Below are positions 9,672 to 19,116 of a stretch of DNA of 64,000 nt, piece after piece. Where the stretch lies: NCBI GenBank assembly GCA_963727455.1, contig CAVSGG010000005.1, positions 1-64,000 on the forward strand, given 5' to 3'. Made by a program: the position numbers and the translations under genes. A model generated the notes under the pieces. The model searched no databases and was not told the origin of the DNA. It was given only the letters and a program-made list of their open reading frames with translations. Source of the stretch: Candidatus Krumholzibacteriota bacterium. GTDB lineage: Bacteria > Krumholzibacteriota > Krumholzibacteriia > JAJRXK01. Each line of letters starts with the position of its first letter. The first letter of the stretch is position 1.

Positions 9672-12600
9672 ATGTGGGTGAAGACGACACGGATCACTCT
9701 CCTGGTGGGACTGTTGCTTGCGGTGACGGTGTTGTCCTGGCTTGCGGCGCATCCCGGACTCTACTCCGGGCACATCTCGCGCATCATAACCCAGAATTTG
9801 TTGCGCCAGACCGGCGCTTCCTTCCGCTACGAAACGCTCGAAGGCAACGCGCTGGGCGACCTGAGGCTCCTCGGCGTCGATCTGAGCTGGCAAGGGCTCG
9901 ATGGGAGTTTCGCCTACTTGCAGGCGGATACACTCGAAGTTTCCTACGACCTGTCCGAGCTCTTCAAAGGTCGGGTGCACCTATACCGTCTGGCCATGCT
10001 CTCGGCGCGCGGAATGATTCGGCGGCACCATTTGGACGCGCCGGTCGAAAAGCAACGGCGCGGTCCCCCCGAGCTGCCCAAGCTGGCAGTGGAGGAGGGT
10101 GTCCTGCGTGGGCTCGACCTCCGCATCATTCAGAGCGACGGGAGCGAGGACCATCTGCAGGACTTGGGCTGGTGGGGAAGCGTCCGGACGCGCAAGAAGA
10201 AGCTCATCGTAGACACCAGGGCGCTGAGCGGAAGCTGGCCACAAAGGAACTTCAAAGTGCGTTCGGTTTGGGGGCGCGCCGCGGTCTCGCCCACGGGGAT
10301 TACGGTGGCCAATCTCAGGGTGGCGACCGACTCCACCCGCGTGCAGGTCAATGGAGATTGGAGTAAGGAAGAGGGCCCCAATCTCAAAGTCGACGTGGAC
10401 CGCTTCTGCTTGAGTGAGGTTCTCGATCTCCTGGGCAAGCCCAGCCCTATCGTGGTCGACTTGAGCGGGAACGCCACGGTGGTGGGCTTCTCGCCCCTTG
10501 CCGTGAACGGTCAGGTCTCGGGAATGGTCGATCACTATTCTCTGACCGACACCAAGTTCGGCCTGGTGGCCGACGGCTCGAACATTCAGCTCACGCGCGC
10601 GAACGGTCTCATCTTCGGGGCGCCGGTCAATGTGCACGGGAGTGTGGACGCCAGCACCGGCGAGCTTGCGCTGCAGGGTCGGGTAGAAAATCTGGACTTG
10701 AGCCGGCCCTGGACCACCACGGACACCGAATGGCCCCCATCGAAGCTGAGCGGAAGCGTCGAGCTGAGAGTCTTCGCCAAGGCACCGGTCAGGGTCGATC
10801 TCGCGGCAGAAGGTCTTCATGGGCAGATCGCGGAGCTACCGGTCGACTCATTGAGCGGGAAACTCCAATTTCGCGAGAATCGCGGCGCTCGCTTCGATGC
10901 CTTGCGCGTTCTCGTCCACCGCACCTGGATCGAGGGATCGGGCACTCTCGACTCGCTCAACGTGCTCGATCTGCCGTTCACCGCGCGAGCATCGGATCTC
11001 GCCTCCTGGCGCAGCGCCTACGCGCTGCCCTGGGAGCATTCGGGAAGCCTGAGCGCTCAGGGACGTTTCTTCGGACCCATCGATGCGCCGAGCTTGCAGA
11101 TCGAAGGCGAGCTGGATTCCCTCTCGGGTTTTCGCATGTCGGGCCGGGGCATCCGTGCTCGCTTCAAAGTGAGTCCGTGGAACAATCTCGGAAAGGTAGA
11201 CGGAGAGGTAGAGGCTGCGGAGTTTCGCTTGGGGGGCGTACGCCTTGGCAGCTTGAAGGGCCAATTCCAGCGCGACTTTCCCTCCATCACCGTTCCTCAG
11301 CTGGAGGTCTCCGAAGGGGACTCGGTGCTGAGTCTGAGCGGGAAGGTCGAGCAAGAGGGAGGGAGGGCTCTACTCTCGATCGCCTCGGCCAGCTTCGATC
11401 TCGGCCCGAGAAAATGGACTCTATCCGCAACCGGGTGAACTCGAGCTCGGCAAGGGTTGGGTCCGTAGTCACGGACTCAGCGTCCGTTCCGCCTCAGGTG
11501 GTTGGACGATCCGCGGCGGCGTGGACAGTCTGGGAATCATGGATCTTCGGGTCGATCTCATGGATGGCGATTTGGGGCTGCTTCCGCACCTCGGGATCGG
11601 TCCCTCGGATCTGGAGGGAACCCTCGAGGGACACGTGGTTCTGCAGGGCAAGCGTGAGGATCCCGACCTGACGATTGACGTGAGGGGAAAACAACTCACC
11701 GGTTTTGGAAGGCGGGTCGATCGCTTGCGGCTGCAGACTGCGGTGCATGGTTCCCAGGTCGCATTGGATTCACTTCAGTTGCGCTCGCCGCAGGGAGAAC
11801 TGTCCCTCAAGGGATCCCTGGAACTGCTTCGGGACGACGCCCTGCCCTGGCTGGCACGGAATCCCGAGCGCTGGCGGGAGCTACTTGCACCGGCGCAGCC
11901 CGATTTGGTCCTGGCCTTCCACGATCTGAACGGCCGCTACTGGATGGAGCCGCTGGCCAAGGACGAGGACATGGGCAGGATCACCGCGGCGGTCTCCATT
12001 CAAGGAACTCTGGAGCGGCCGCTCATCCAAGGGGAAGGACAGATCACCAATTTGGTCAGTGGAGGGGGGACGCTCGTCTTTCCTACGCTGCGATCACGGA
12101 TCGAGTCGGATGGAGAGAGCCTGCAGCTCCGTCACGGGAGCATCCTAACCCCCGACCCCTGGCTGCGCTTCAACGTGATGTTGCCCCTGAGACTCTCGGC
12201 GGTTCGTGCGCCCCAGTGGGCGGGCTCGGAAGGGGCCGAAGTCGAGCTCACTTCCGACGGAGAAGTGGAGCTGCGGCGCCTCGGACCCATCCTGCCCATG
12301 CTGAGCGAGATTTCCGGGAAAGCGGAGCTGCTGTACCGGGCTCGCGGTTCGATGGACCACCCCAAGATCGAGGGCTATCTGCGCGTGCACGACGGGATTG
12401 CGCAGCTCGAGGGCAGCCTGGAGCGGCTCCGGGAGATCGAAATCGACGCCCCGATTCAGGACGGGGTCATGAAGATCCAGAAGTGCACCGCTCGCGAGGG
12501 GCTCAAGGGAACCGTAAGCGCAACGGGTACGGTGCAGTTTGACGGACTCCTTCCCGACGACATCCAGATGGACATCCAGGCCGATCGATTTCTCTTTGCC

Positions 12601-13536
12601 TCCATTCTTCACCTGCGCGCGCTGCTGCGCACCAACGATCTCCACATGAGTCTGAAGCGCCCTGCGCCTCACCTAGCCCGCAGGCCATATTTCAGTGGAA
12701 CGATCGACGTGATCAAGGCGCGCTACACCGGTGAATTCGACAACAAGGGTGGGGGAGAGGCGTTGGGCGCCACCACCGCGCCCGCCTGGCTGGCCAATCT
12801 TCACCTCCGGGCGCCTCGCACCGCGCGCGTACAAAATCGTACGGCCGAACTGCTGCTGGACGGGGATGGAGATCTGGTGCGAGATCTGGACGGTCTCCAC
12901 TTCTACGGACAGGTGGAGATTCCCCAGGGCCGTGTCCCCATCTTCAACAACGACTTCAACATAGAGCGAGGTACCCTGGACTACAGCCGGGCGCGCGGCC
13001 TGGAGCCGTCCGTGGATATCGTCGCCAAGACCCGGGTGCGAGATTTTCGTTATGAGGGCTCCAATAACGCGGATTTGGAGGAGATCACCGTATATTTGAC
13101 GGGGACCTTCTCGAACCTCCACACTCGCTTCGAGAGCGCGAGCGGCTACGACGAGGAACGGATCATTCGACTCTTGGCTGGCATCAGCGAGCAGTCCGGA
13201 GGCAGCGCGCTGGCCGATACCGGCTTCAAGGCCGGTCTGAACTTCATCGAGCGATCCATCGCGCAGGAAATCCACGGAATCGATACTCTGGATATCGAAA
13301 CCGAATCCGCCTCGATTTCCGAGGCGCAGAGGATGCGGGTGGCGGTGGGAAAGTACATTTCCCCCGATCTGTACCTGCGTTACAGCCAGGGTGTTTCCAT
13401 TACGGAGCGCGCTTTGTTTCTTGAATACCAGATGAATCGCCGTTTACGTCTCTCGTCGGAGTTTGGCACAGGTCTGCGGAGCGGAGCTCCCACGACTACC
13501 TTCAACGTAGACTTGAAGTATCGAGTCGAGTACTGA
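9672..13536 (+). pseudogene. tamB: TamB/AsmA-like protein, split by an apparent 1-nt insertion near 11425 (pseudogene or sequence error)
   Basis: ORF 9672-11438 has an N-terminal anchor and beta-rich repeats; ORF 11521-13536 has a DUF490-like end (VGKYISPDLYLRY...DLKYRVEY); the second frame is open across the junction, so deleting one base gives about 1287 aa. Confidence 0.78.
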
Positions 13537-13569
13537 TGAGCGGACACCCCTTCTAGCCCACGCGAGAGA

Positions 13570-16500
13570 ATGAAAACTCGACTTCCTACGGCAGTTCGTT
13601 TGATGGCGGTGTCGGCCTGCTTGCTCTCGATTTGGGCTGGGATCGCTGACGCGCGCAACAAAGTGCAGTACGACAACTTCCACTGGCAGGTGCTCAATAC
13701 TCCGCATTTCGAGATCTTCTTCTACGAAGGCGAGGAGAACCTGGCCGCGCGCGCGTCGGTCATCGCGGAAGACGCCTATCTGAGATTGAGTGGGGTCTTT
13801 CAACACGAATTTCAGAAGCAAATTCCGTTCATCCTCTACGCATCGCACAACGACTTCCAACAGACCAACATCAGCGACGAACTCATCGGAGAATCCACCG
13901 GAGGATTCTCCGAGCCACTGCGCAATCGTGTGGTGCTGCCCTACCCCGGCGACAACGAGGCTTTCGTTCACGTGATCAACCACGAATTGGTTCACGTGTT
14001 CATGTTCGATCTGGCCTACAAGAGCACCGCCTCCGGTGCCGCGCGCAGAGCGCTCTTTCCCATCGACGTCTGGTTCGCCGAAGGAGCGGCCGAGTTCTTC
14101 TCCACTCCCGATGGCTGGGACAAGACCACGGATATGTGGATGAGGGACGGCACGATCTACGATTGGATTGCACCGCTCGACAGGATCCACTACGGCTATC
14201 AGGTCTACCGGGAAGGGCAGGCGGCGCTGCGCTACATGGCGCTAACCTACGGTCACGAAAAGGTCGTGGAGTTCTTCAAGGAAGTGGGAAAGGTACGTAA
14301 CGTCGACCGCGCGCTGGAGATGACGATTGGTCTCAACACCCGCCAATTCTCCGCCGAGTGGGTGAAGTGGCTGAAACACAACTATTGGCCCACCTATCAG
14401 GACAAGAAGGAAGCTTCGAAGATCGGCCGCCGGATGACCGATCATGCCAAGGACGGCTACTACTTTGCCCAGCAACCGGCCATTTCACCCGACGGCAACG
14501 TCATTGCCTTCTTCAGCGATCGCGAAGGATTCGTGAAGCTCTTCCTGATGGACCTGGTCGACAAGACCATTCTCTCCACCCTGGCTACCGGCTATCGAAG
14601 CGATCGTTTCCTCAGCTTCCATTCCTACGACAGCGGCATCAGTTTCGATCCAGCTGGGGGGCGCCTGGCCTTGGTTGCCAAGAGCGGAGGGCGCGAAACC
14701 CTCTATATCCTGCGAGTGCCGGACGGCAAGATCCTCCAGCACATCAGGCTTCCGGTGGACATCGCACGGAGTCCTTCCTGGTCGCCCACTGAAGACGAAG
14801 TCGTCGTGGTGGGGAGCAAGGATGGCCGTACCGATCTCATGCTGGTCGACTTGAAGAGCGAATCGATCCGGCAAATTACCCACGATCTTTCTAGCGAGTT
14901 TTCCCCCTCGTGGATGCCTGACGGCAAGAGCATCGTGTACTCCGCGTCGCCCAATCCGGTGATCGACGTCGGCATCAAGAAGGACAAAGACGGACACGAG
15001 CACATGACTTTGGTCGACTTCTTCAACCGGCAGAATGTCGCCCAGCAGAAGACCAGCCGCGACCTCTTCCTCTTGGATCTGGCGAGCGGCGAAAGCCACA
15101 AGCTTCTGTCGACTCCGGGCGACGATTCCGCCCCGGTCGCGGTGGATGACGAGCACATCATCTTCGTGAGCGACGTGAGCGGGATCTCCAATCTGTATTT
15201 CTACGACATGTTGAGCCAGACGATGCACCGCTTCACCGACGTGCTCACCGGGATCTTCCAGCCTTCCTTCAGCCGGGCAGCCGATCGCTTGGTATTCGCG
15301 GCCTTTTCCAACGGTGGCTACGACATCTTCGAGCTGGAGAACCTCACGAAGTACGTGAAAGAGAACAGCTACCAGGATCCAATTCCCCTGCCCCCGGTCG
15401 ACGAGTCGAAGATGGATTTGACGGCGAACTCCGCGCCGGACTCCTCGCTGAGCAGCCCTCCGCTCACCGTGGGGGACTTGCTCTCGGACCAATCCGTCCC
15501 TCGCGAACCCGACAAGCCGCCGCCGGGCGCGCCGGGGCCGAAGCCCGAAGCGCGAGCGGAAGCCGAGCACGAACCGGGGCGCGAGTCCCTCAGTGACAAA
15601 CCGGTGGGGACGATCACCAAGTACAAGCCGCGATTCAGTCTGGACCCTCTGGGGAGCGGTAGCATCGGGGGAGTTTACTATTCCTCCGGGCTGGGACTGG
15701 GGTTCGCGAACATCATCAGTCTCAGCGATCTTTTGGGAAACCACCGGATCCAGTTCCTGGTGAACTTCTACGGATCTCTGAAGGACAGCGATCTCGCGGC
15801 GAGCTACTTCTACCTGAAGCGGCGGGTCAACCTCGGCTTCGGGATCTTCCACTACAAGAATTTCTTCAACAGCAACTATACCACTCTGGGTGAAGTCTTC
15901 GACCGGAGCCGACTCTTTAGCGAACGCAACTACGGTTTCTTCGGCATCGCGAGTCGGCCGTTCTCGACTTTCGATCGCCTCGATTTCGAAGTTCAGGCCT
16001 TCGTTGCGGATCGTACCTTCTACGAATTGGATCCTCTGAGCGGTTACTATTTCGAGACTTCTCATACCAAAGCGCAGCTGATTCAGCCGAGTCTCTCCCT
16101 CGTTCACGACTCGGCCTTCTACGGTCCCAATGGTCCCCTCACCGGTAGCCGCTGGACCCTGAACTTCTCCCCGGCGATCCCGCTGGGAAGCGATGGGCTC
16201 GATCGTGTCACGGGCTTCGCGGACTATCGCAAATACATTCACTTCGGCAAGGGAAACGCAATTGCCACGCGCTTCACCGGAGCCTACAGCAATGGGAGCG
16301 ATCCCAACGCTTTCGTGCTGGGAGGGCCCTTCACCCTGAGAGGATGGGACACCTTCGATTTCGAAAAGGGAGTGGAAACCAATGACCAGGTATTTCAGCA
16401 TCTGGTGGGACGCAGGATGCTGCTCATGAATCTGGAGTACCGCTTCCCCGCGATCGATGCGATCTTCTTTGGATGGCCGGGGCGCTTCGGCATCGGCGGG

Positions 16501-16734
16501 ATTGGCGGTGTCGTCTTCTTCGACACAGGCAGCGCGTTCGATGCCAGCTTCAAACCTTTCGGAAAGACCAGCAATGGCAACTTCCGTCTGCGCGACCTCA
16601 AAGCCGACTACGGATTGGGAATGCGCGTGAGTTTCCTCGGTCTTCCGTTCAAGTTCGACTGGGCATGGAAAACCGATTTCGCCCACACCTACGGCAACAT
16701 GCAATTCACCTTCTCGATAGGACCGGAGTTCTAG
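13570..16734 (+). CDS. Omp85-family protein with N-terminal gluzincin (MA clan) peptidase domain and PD40 beta-propeller
   Basis: Signal peptide; HELVH plus downstream WFAEGAAE; PD40-like ISPDG/WSPT/WMPDG repeats; Pro-rich linker; barrel with LGGPFTLRGW and terminal FSIGPEF. Confidence 0.88.
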   Translation: MKTRLPTAVRLMAVSACLLSIWAGIADARNKVQYDNFHWQVLNTPHFEIFFYEGEENLAARASVIAEDAYLRLSGVFQHEFQKQIPFILYASHNDFQQTNISDELIGESTGGFSEPLRNRVVLPYPGDNEAFVHVINHELVHVFMFDLAYKSTASGAARRALFPIDVWFAEGAAEFFSTPDGWDKTTDMWMRDGTIYDWIAPLDRIHYGYQVYREGQAALRYMALTYGHEKVVEFFKEVGKVRNVDRALEMTIGLNTRQFSAEWVKWLKHNYWPTYQDKKEASKIGRRMTDHAKDGYYFAQQPAISPDGNVIAFFSDREGFVKLFLMDLVDKTILSTLATGYRSDRFLSFHSYDSGISFDPAGGRLALVAKSGGRETLYILRVPDGKILQHIRLPVDIARSPSWSPTEDEVVVVGSKDGRTDLMLVDLKSESIRQITHDLSSEFSPSWMPDGKSIVYSASPNPVIDVGIKKDKDGHEHMTLVDFFNRQNVAQQKTSRDLFLLDLASGESHKLLSTPGDDSAPVAVDDEHIIFVSDVSGISNLYFYDMLSQTMHRFTDVLTGIFQPSFSRAADRLVFAAFSNGGYDIFELENLTKYVKENSYQDPIPLPPVDESKMDLTANSAPDSSLSSPPLTVGDLLSDQSVPREPDKPPPGAPGPKPEARAEAEHEPGRESLSDKPVGTITKYKPRFSLDPLGSGSIGGVYYSSGLGLGFANIISLSDLLGNHRIQFLVNFYGSLKDSDLAASYFYLKRRVNLGFGIFHYKNFFNSNYTTLGEVFDRSRLFSERNYGFFGIASRPFSTFDRLDFEVQAFVADRTFYELDPLSGYYFETSHTKAQLIQPSLSLVHDSAFYGPNGPLTGSRWTLNFSPAIPLGSDGLDRVTGFADYRKYIHFGKGNAIATRFTGAYSNGSDPNAFVLGGPFTLRGWDTFDFEKGVETNDQVFQHLVGRRMLLMNLEYRFPAIDAIFFGWPGRFGIGGIGGVVFFDTGSAFDASFKPFGKTSNGNFRLRDLKADYGLGMRVSFLGLPFKFDWAWKTDFAHTYGNMQFTFSIGPEF

Positions 16735-16742
16735 ACCCTCCG

Positions 16743-19097
16743 ATGCTTCAAGGTCTCAATCCAGAACAACGACAGGCGGTCGTCAATACCAGGGGCCCCA
16801 TGTTGGTCATTGCCGGTGCCGGCAGTGGCAAGACGCGGGTGCTCACTACTCGCATCGCCTACCTCATCAAGGAGGAAGGTGTCCGACCGGAGAACATCTT
16901 GGCGTTCACCTTCACGAACAAAGCGGCGCGCGAAATGCGCGAACGCGTGGAGGTTCTGACCCACGAAGGCAGACAGGCCTGGATCGGAACCTTCCACGCG
17001 ACAGGAGTTCGTATTTTGCGGAGAGAGGCGGAGCGCCTGGGATACTCGCGCGAATTCAGCATCTACGACGCAGACGACAGTCGCGCGGTGATCAGGGCGA
17101 TCCTGAAGAAGCGCCATGCCGACCCCAAGGAATTCACTCCAAGAGCCGTCGCCGTCGCAATCAGTCATTTCAAGAACCAATCGGTGAAACCGAGCGAGGC
17201 TAAAGAACGTGCAATGACGGGCTGGGAAGAGCGCATGGCGCAGGTCTATGCGGAGTACGAACGCGGGCTACGAGCGAATCAGGCCATGGATTTCGACGAT
17301 CTCATCGCGCGCACCGTCGAGCTCTTCGAGACCCACAAGGACGTACAAGAGCGCTATGCGGAACGATTTCACTACGTGCTCGTCGATGAGTTCCAAGACA
17401 CCAACCCACTGCAACTCATCCTGACCAAGGCCCTCAGCGCCCAGTGGGAGAACCTCTTCGCGGTCGGGGACGACGATCAGGCCATCTATTCCTGGCGAGG
17501 CGCGACGGTGGAGAACATGCTCTCGTTCGAGCAGTATTTCCCCGGTGCCAAGGTCGTGCGTCTCGAGCAGAACTATCGCTCCACTGGAATCATCCTGCGG
17601 GCGGCGAACGAAGTCATCGCTCACAATCATAAACGCCGCGGCAAGAAACTGTGGACCGAGGCAGCCGACGGCCAAGCCCTGGAGCTGTGGTGGGTGGACG
17701 ACGAGGAGGACGAGGGGACGGCGATCGAAACTCGCATCCGAGCGCTGGAGAGTGAGGAAGGCTACCGTCGGCGGGACTGTGTCATTCTGTATCGAACGAA
17801 TGCGCAGAGTCGCGCGCTGGAGGATGCCCTGCGTCGAGCGGGACTCCCCTACCAGATTGTCGGTGGCACGCGCTTCTACGAACGGCGTGAAGTGCGCGAT
17901 ATCCTGGCCTATCTCAAGCTCGCCATCAATCCCTCGGATCAGGTCAGTTTGGAGCGGGTGATCAACGTCCCGCGTCGAGGGATCGGCAAGAAGAGCGTGG
18001 AGAGGCTCTTTCAGGCCGCTGCCACCCACAATCTCTCGCCCTTGCAATTCTGTGAAATGCATCCCCAGCTCCTGGCTCAGGTGTGCGGCAGGGGAGCTTC
18101 GCGCATCGAGAGGTTCGTCTCGCTCATGACTGATTTGCGCCGTGCGGCGGAAAGCACGGACGCGGCGAAAGTGATAGAAGAGGTCTTCAAGGCCACGAAA
18201 TACATCGAGTGGCTGCACGACGATGATTCTTCGACTGCCGACGACCGGGAGGAGAACGTGCGAGAGCTACTCCATGCCGCGGAAACCTTCGTGGCGGAGA
18301 GCGACGAAGGACGGCTGTTCGACTTCCTCGAGTCGGTCGCACTTTTGGCGGAGGTCGATCGCATGGACGCGGCGGGCGACATGGTGACCTTGATGACCAT
18401 GCACAATGCCAAGGGACTCGAGTACCCCGTGGTGTTCGTGGCCGGTTGTGAAGAGAATCTTCTCCCACACGCCAACAGCATCGAGGAAGAGGACAAGCTG
18501 GAGGAGGAGAGGCGGCTCTTCTACGTGGCGCTGACCCGCGCGCGTAAGCGTGTGTTCTTGAGCGCAGCTGCATTCCGCCGGCGCTTCGGCGGATCCGAAC
18601 CGGCATATCCCAGCCGCTTCTTGAGCGAACTTCCGGCCGAGATCGTGGACGAGAAGGGAGACCGCGTCCGGCAGGACGAGTCACTGGTATGGAATCGGCG
18701 GAGCCGGACTCTCCGCCTCTTCGGCGAGGAGGCGGGCGAGGCCTCAGGTTTCGGGACCCCCAAGCCCCGCCGCTCCTCCAGGCGCAAGCCCTCCGTTCCT
18801 TCGGGCGATAGCGCCTACGGAGCCGAGGCTTTTCTGAAGAGCAGGGCAAAGCAGCGGGCGCGGCAGAAGGACGCTCACGGCTTTCAGGACCACGAGCTGA
18901 GCCAGGAGGAGCTCGTATTCGAGGTCGGACAGCGTGTTCGCCACCAGGCGCTGGGCGAGGGCACCATCACCGAGGTCGAGGGCTTCGGCGAATTGACGCG
19001 GCTCACGATCGAGTTTGGAGAGAGCGGACGTAAGCGCGTCCTTGCCCACTATGCAAAGCTCGAGCTTCTGAGCGAAGACGGCGACCTGCCTTTTTAG
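16743..19097 (+). CDS. pcrA: ATP-dependent DNA helicase PcrA/UvrD
   Basis: LNPEQ, AGAGSGKT, FTNKAA, VDEFQD, GDDDQAIY, LEQNYRS, TMHNAKGLE, EERRLFYVALTRA; C-terminal Tudor-like domain; ATG 16743 just after the upstream stop. Confidence 0.96.
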   Translation: MLQGLNPEQRQAVVNTRGPMLVIAGAGSGKTRVLTTRIAYLIKEEGVRPENILAFTFTNKAAREMRERVEVLTHEGRQAWIGTFHATGVRILRREAERLGYSREFSIYDADDSRAVIRAILKKRHADPKEFTPRAVAVAISHFKNQSVKPSEAKERAMTGWEERMAQVYAEYERGLRANQAMDFDDLIARTVELFETHKDVQERYAERFHYVLVDEFQDTNPLQLILTKALSAQWENLFAVGDDDQAIYSWRGATVENMLSFEQYFPGAKVVRLEQNYRSTGIILRAANEVIAHNHKRRGKKLWTEAADGQALELWWVDDEEDEGTAIETRIRALESEEGYRRRDCVILYRTNAQSRALEDALRRAGLPYQIVGGTRFYERREVRDILAYLKLAINPSDQVSLERVINVPRRGIGKKSVERLFQAAATHNLSPLQFCEMHPQLLAQVCGRGASRIERFVSLMTDLRRAAESTDAAKVIEEVFKATKYIEWLHDDDSSTADDREENVRELLHAAETFVAESDEGRLFDFLESVALLAEVDRMDAAGDMVTLMTMHNAKGLEYPVVFVAGCEENLLPHANSIEEEDKLEEERRLFYVALTRARKRVFLSAAAFRRRFGGSEPAYPSRFLSELPAEIVDEKGDRVRQDESLVWNRRSRTLRLFGEEAGEASGFGTPKPRRSSRRKPSVPSGDSAYGAEAFLKSRAKQRARQKDAHGFQDHELSQEELVFEVGQRVRHQALGEGTITEVEGFGELTRLTIEFGESGRKRVLAHYAKLELLSEDGDLPF

Positions 19098-19116
19098 CCG
19101 CCACCTGAGGCGGGCT
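19098..19116. terminator. Short hairpin between convergent pcrA and M1 peptidase genes
   Basis: CCGCC-acctga-GGCGG inverted repeat; no clear U-tract. Confidence 0.3.

Noticed and set aside
14485-16704. 739-aa antisense ORF (similarly 34100-35884, 55526-57289, 8102-9304, 27353-28609)
   Set aside because: Shadow ORFs opposite well-supported genes; expected in high-GC DNA; no recognisable motifs
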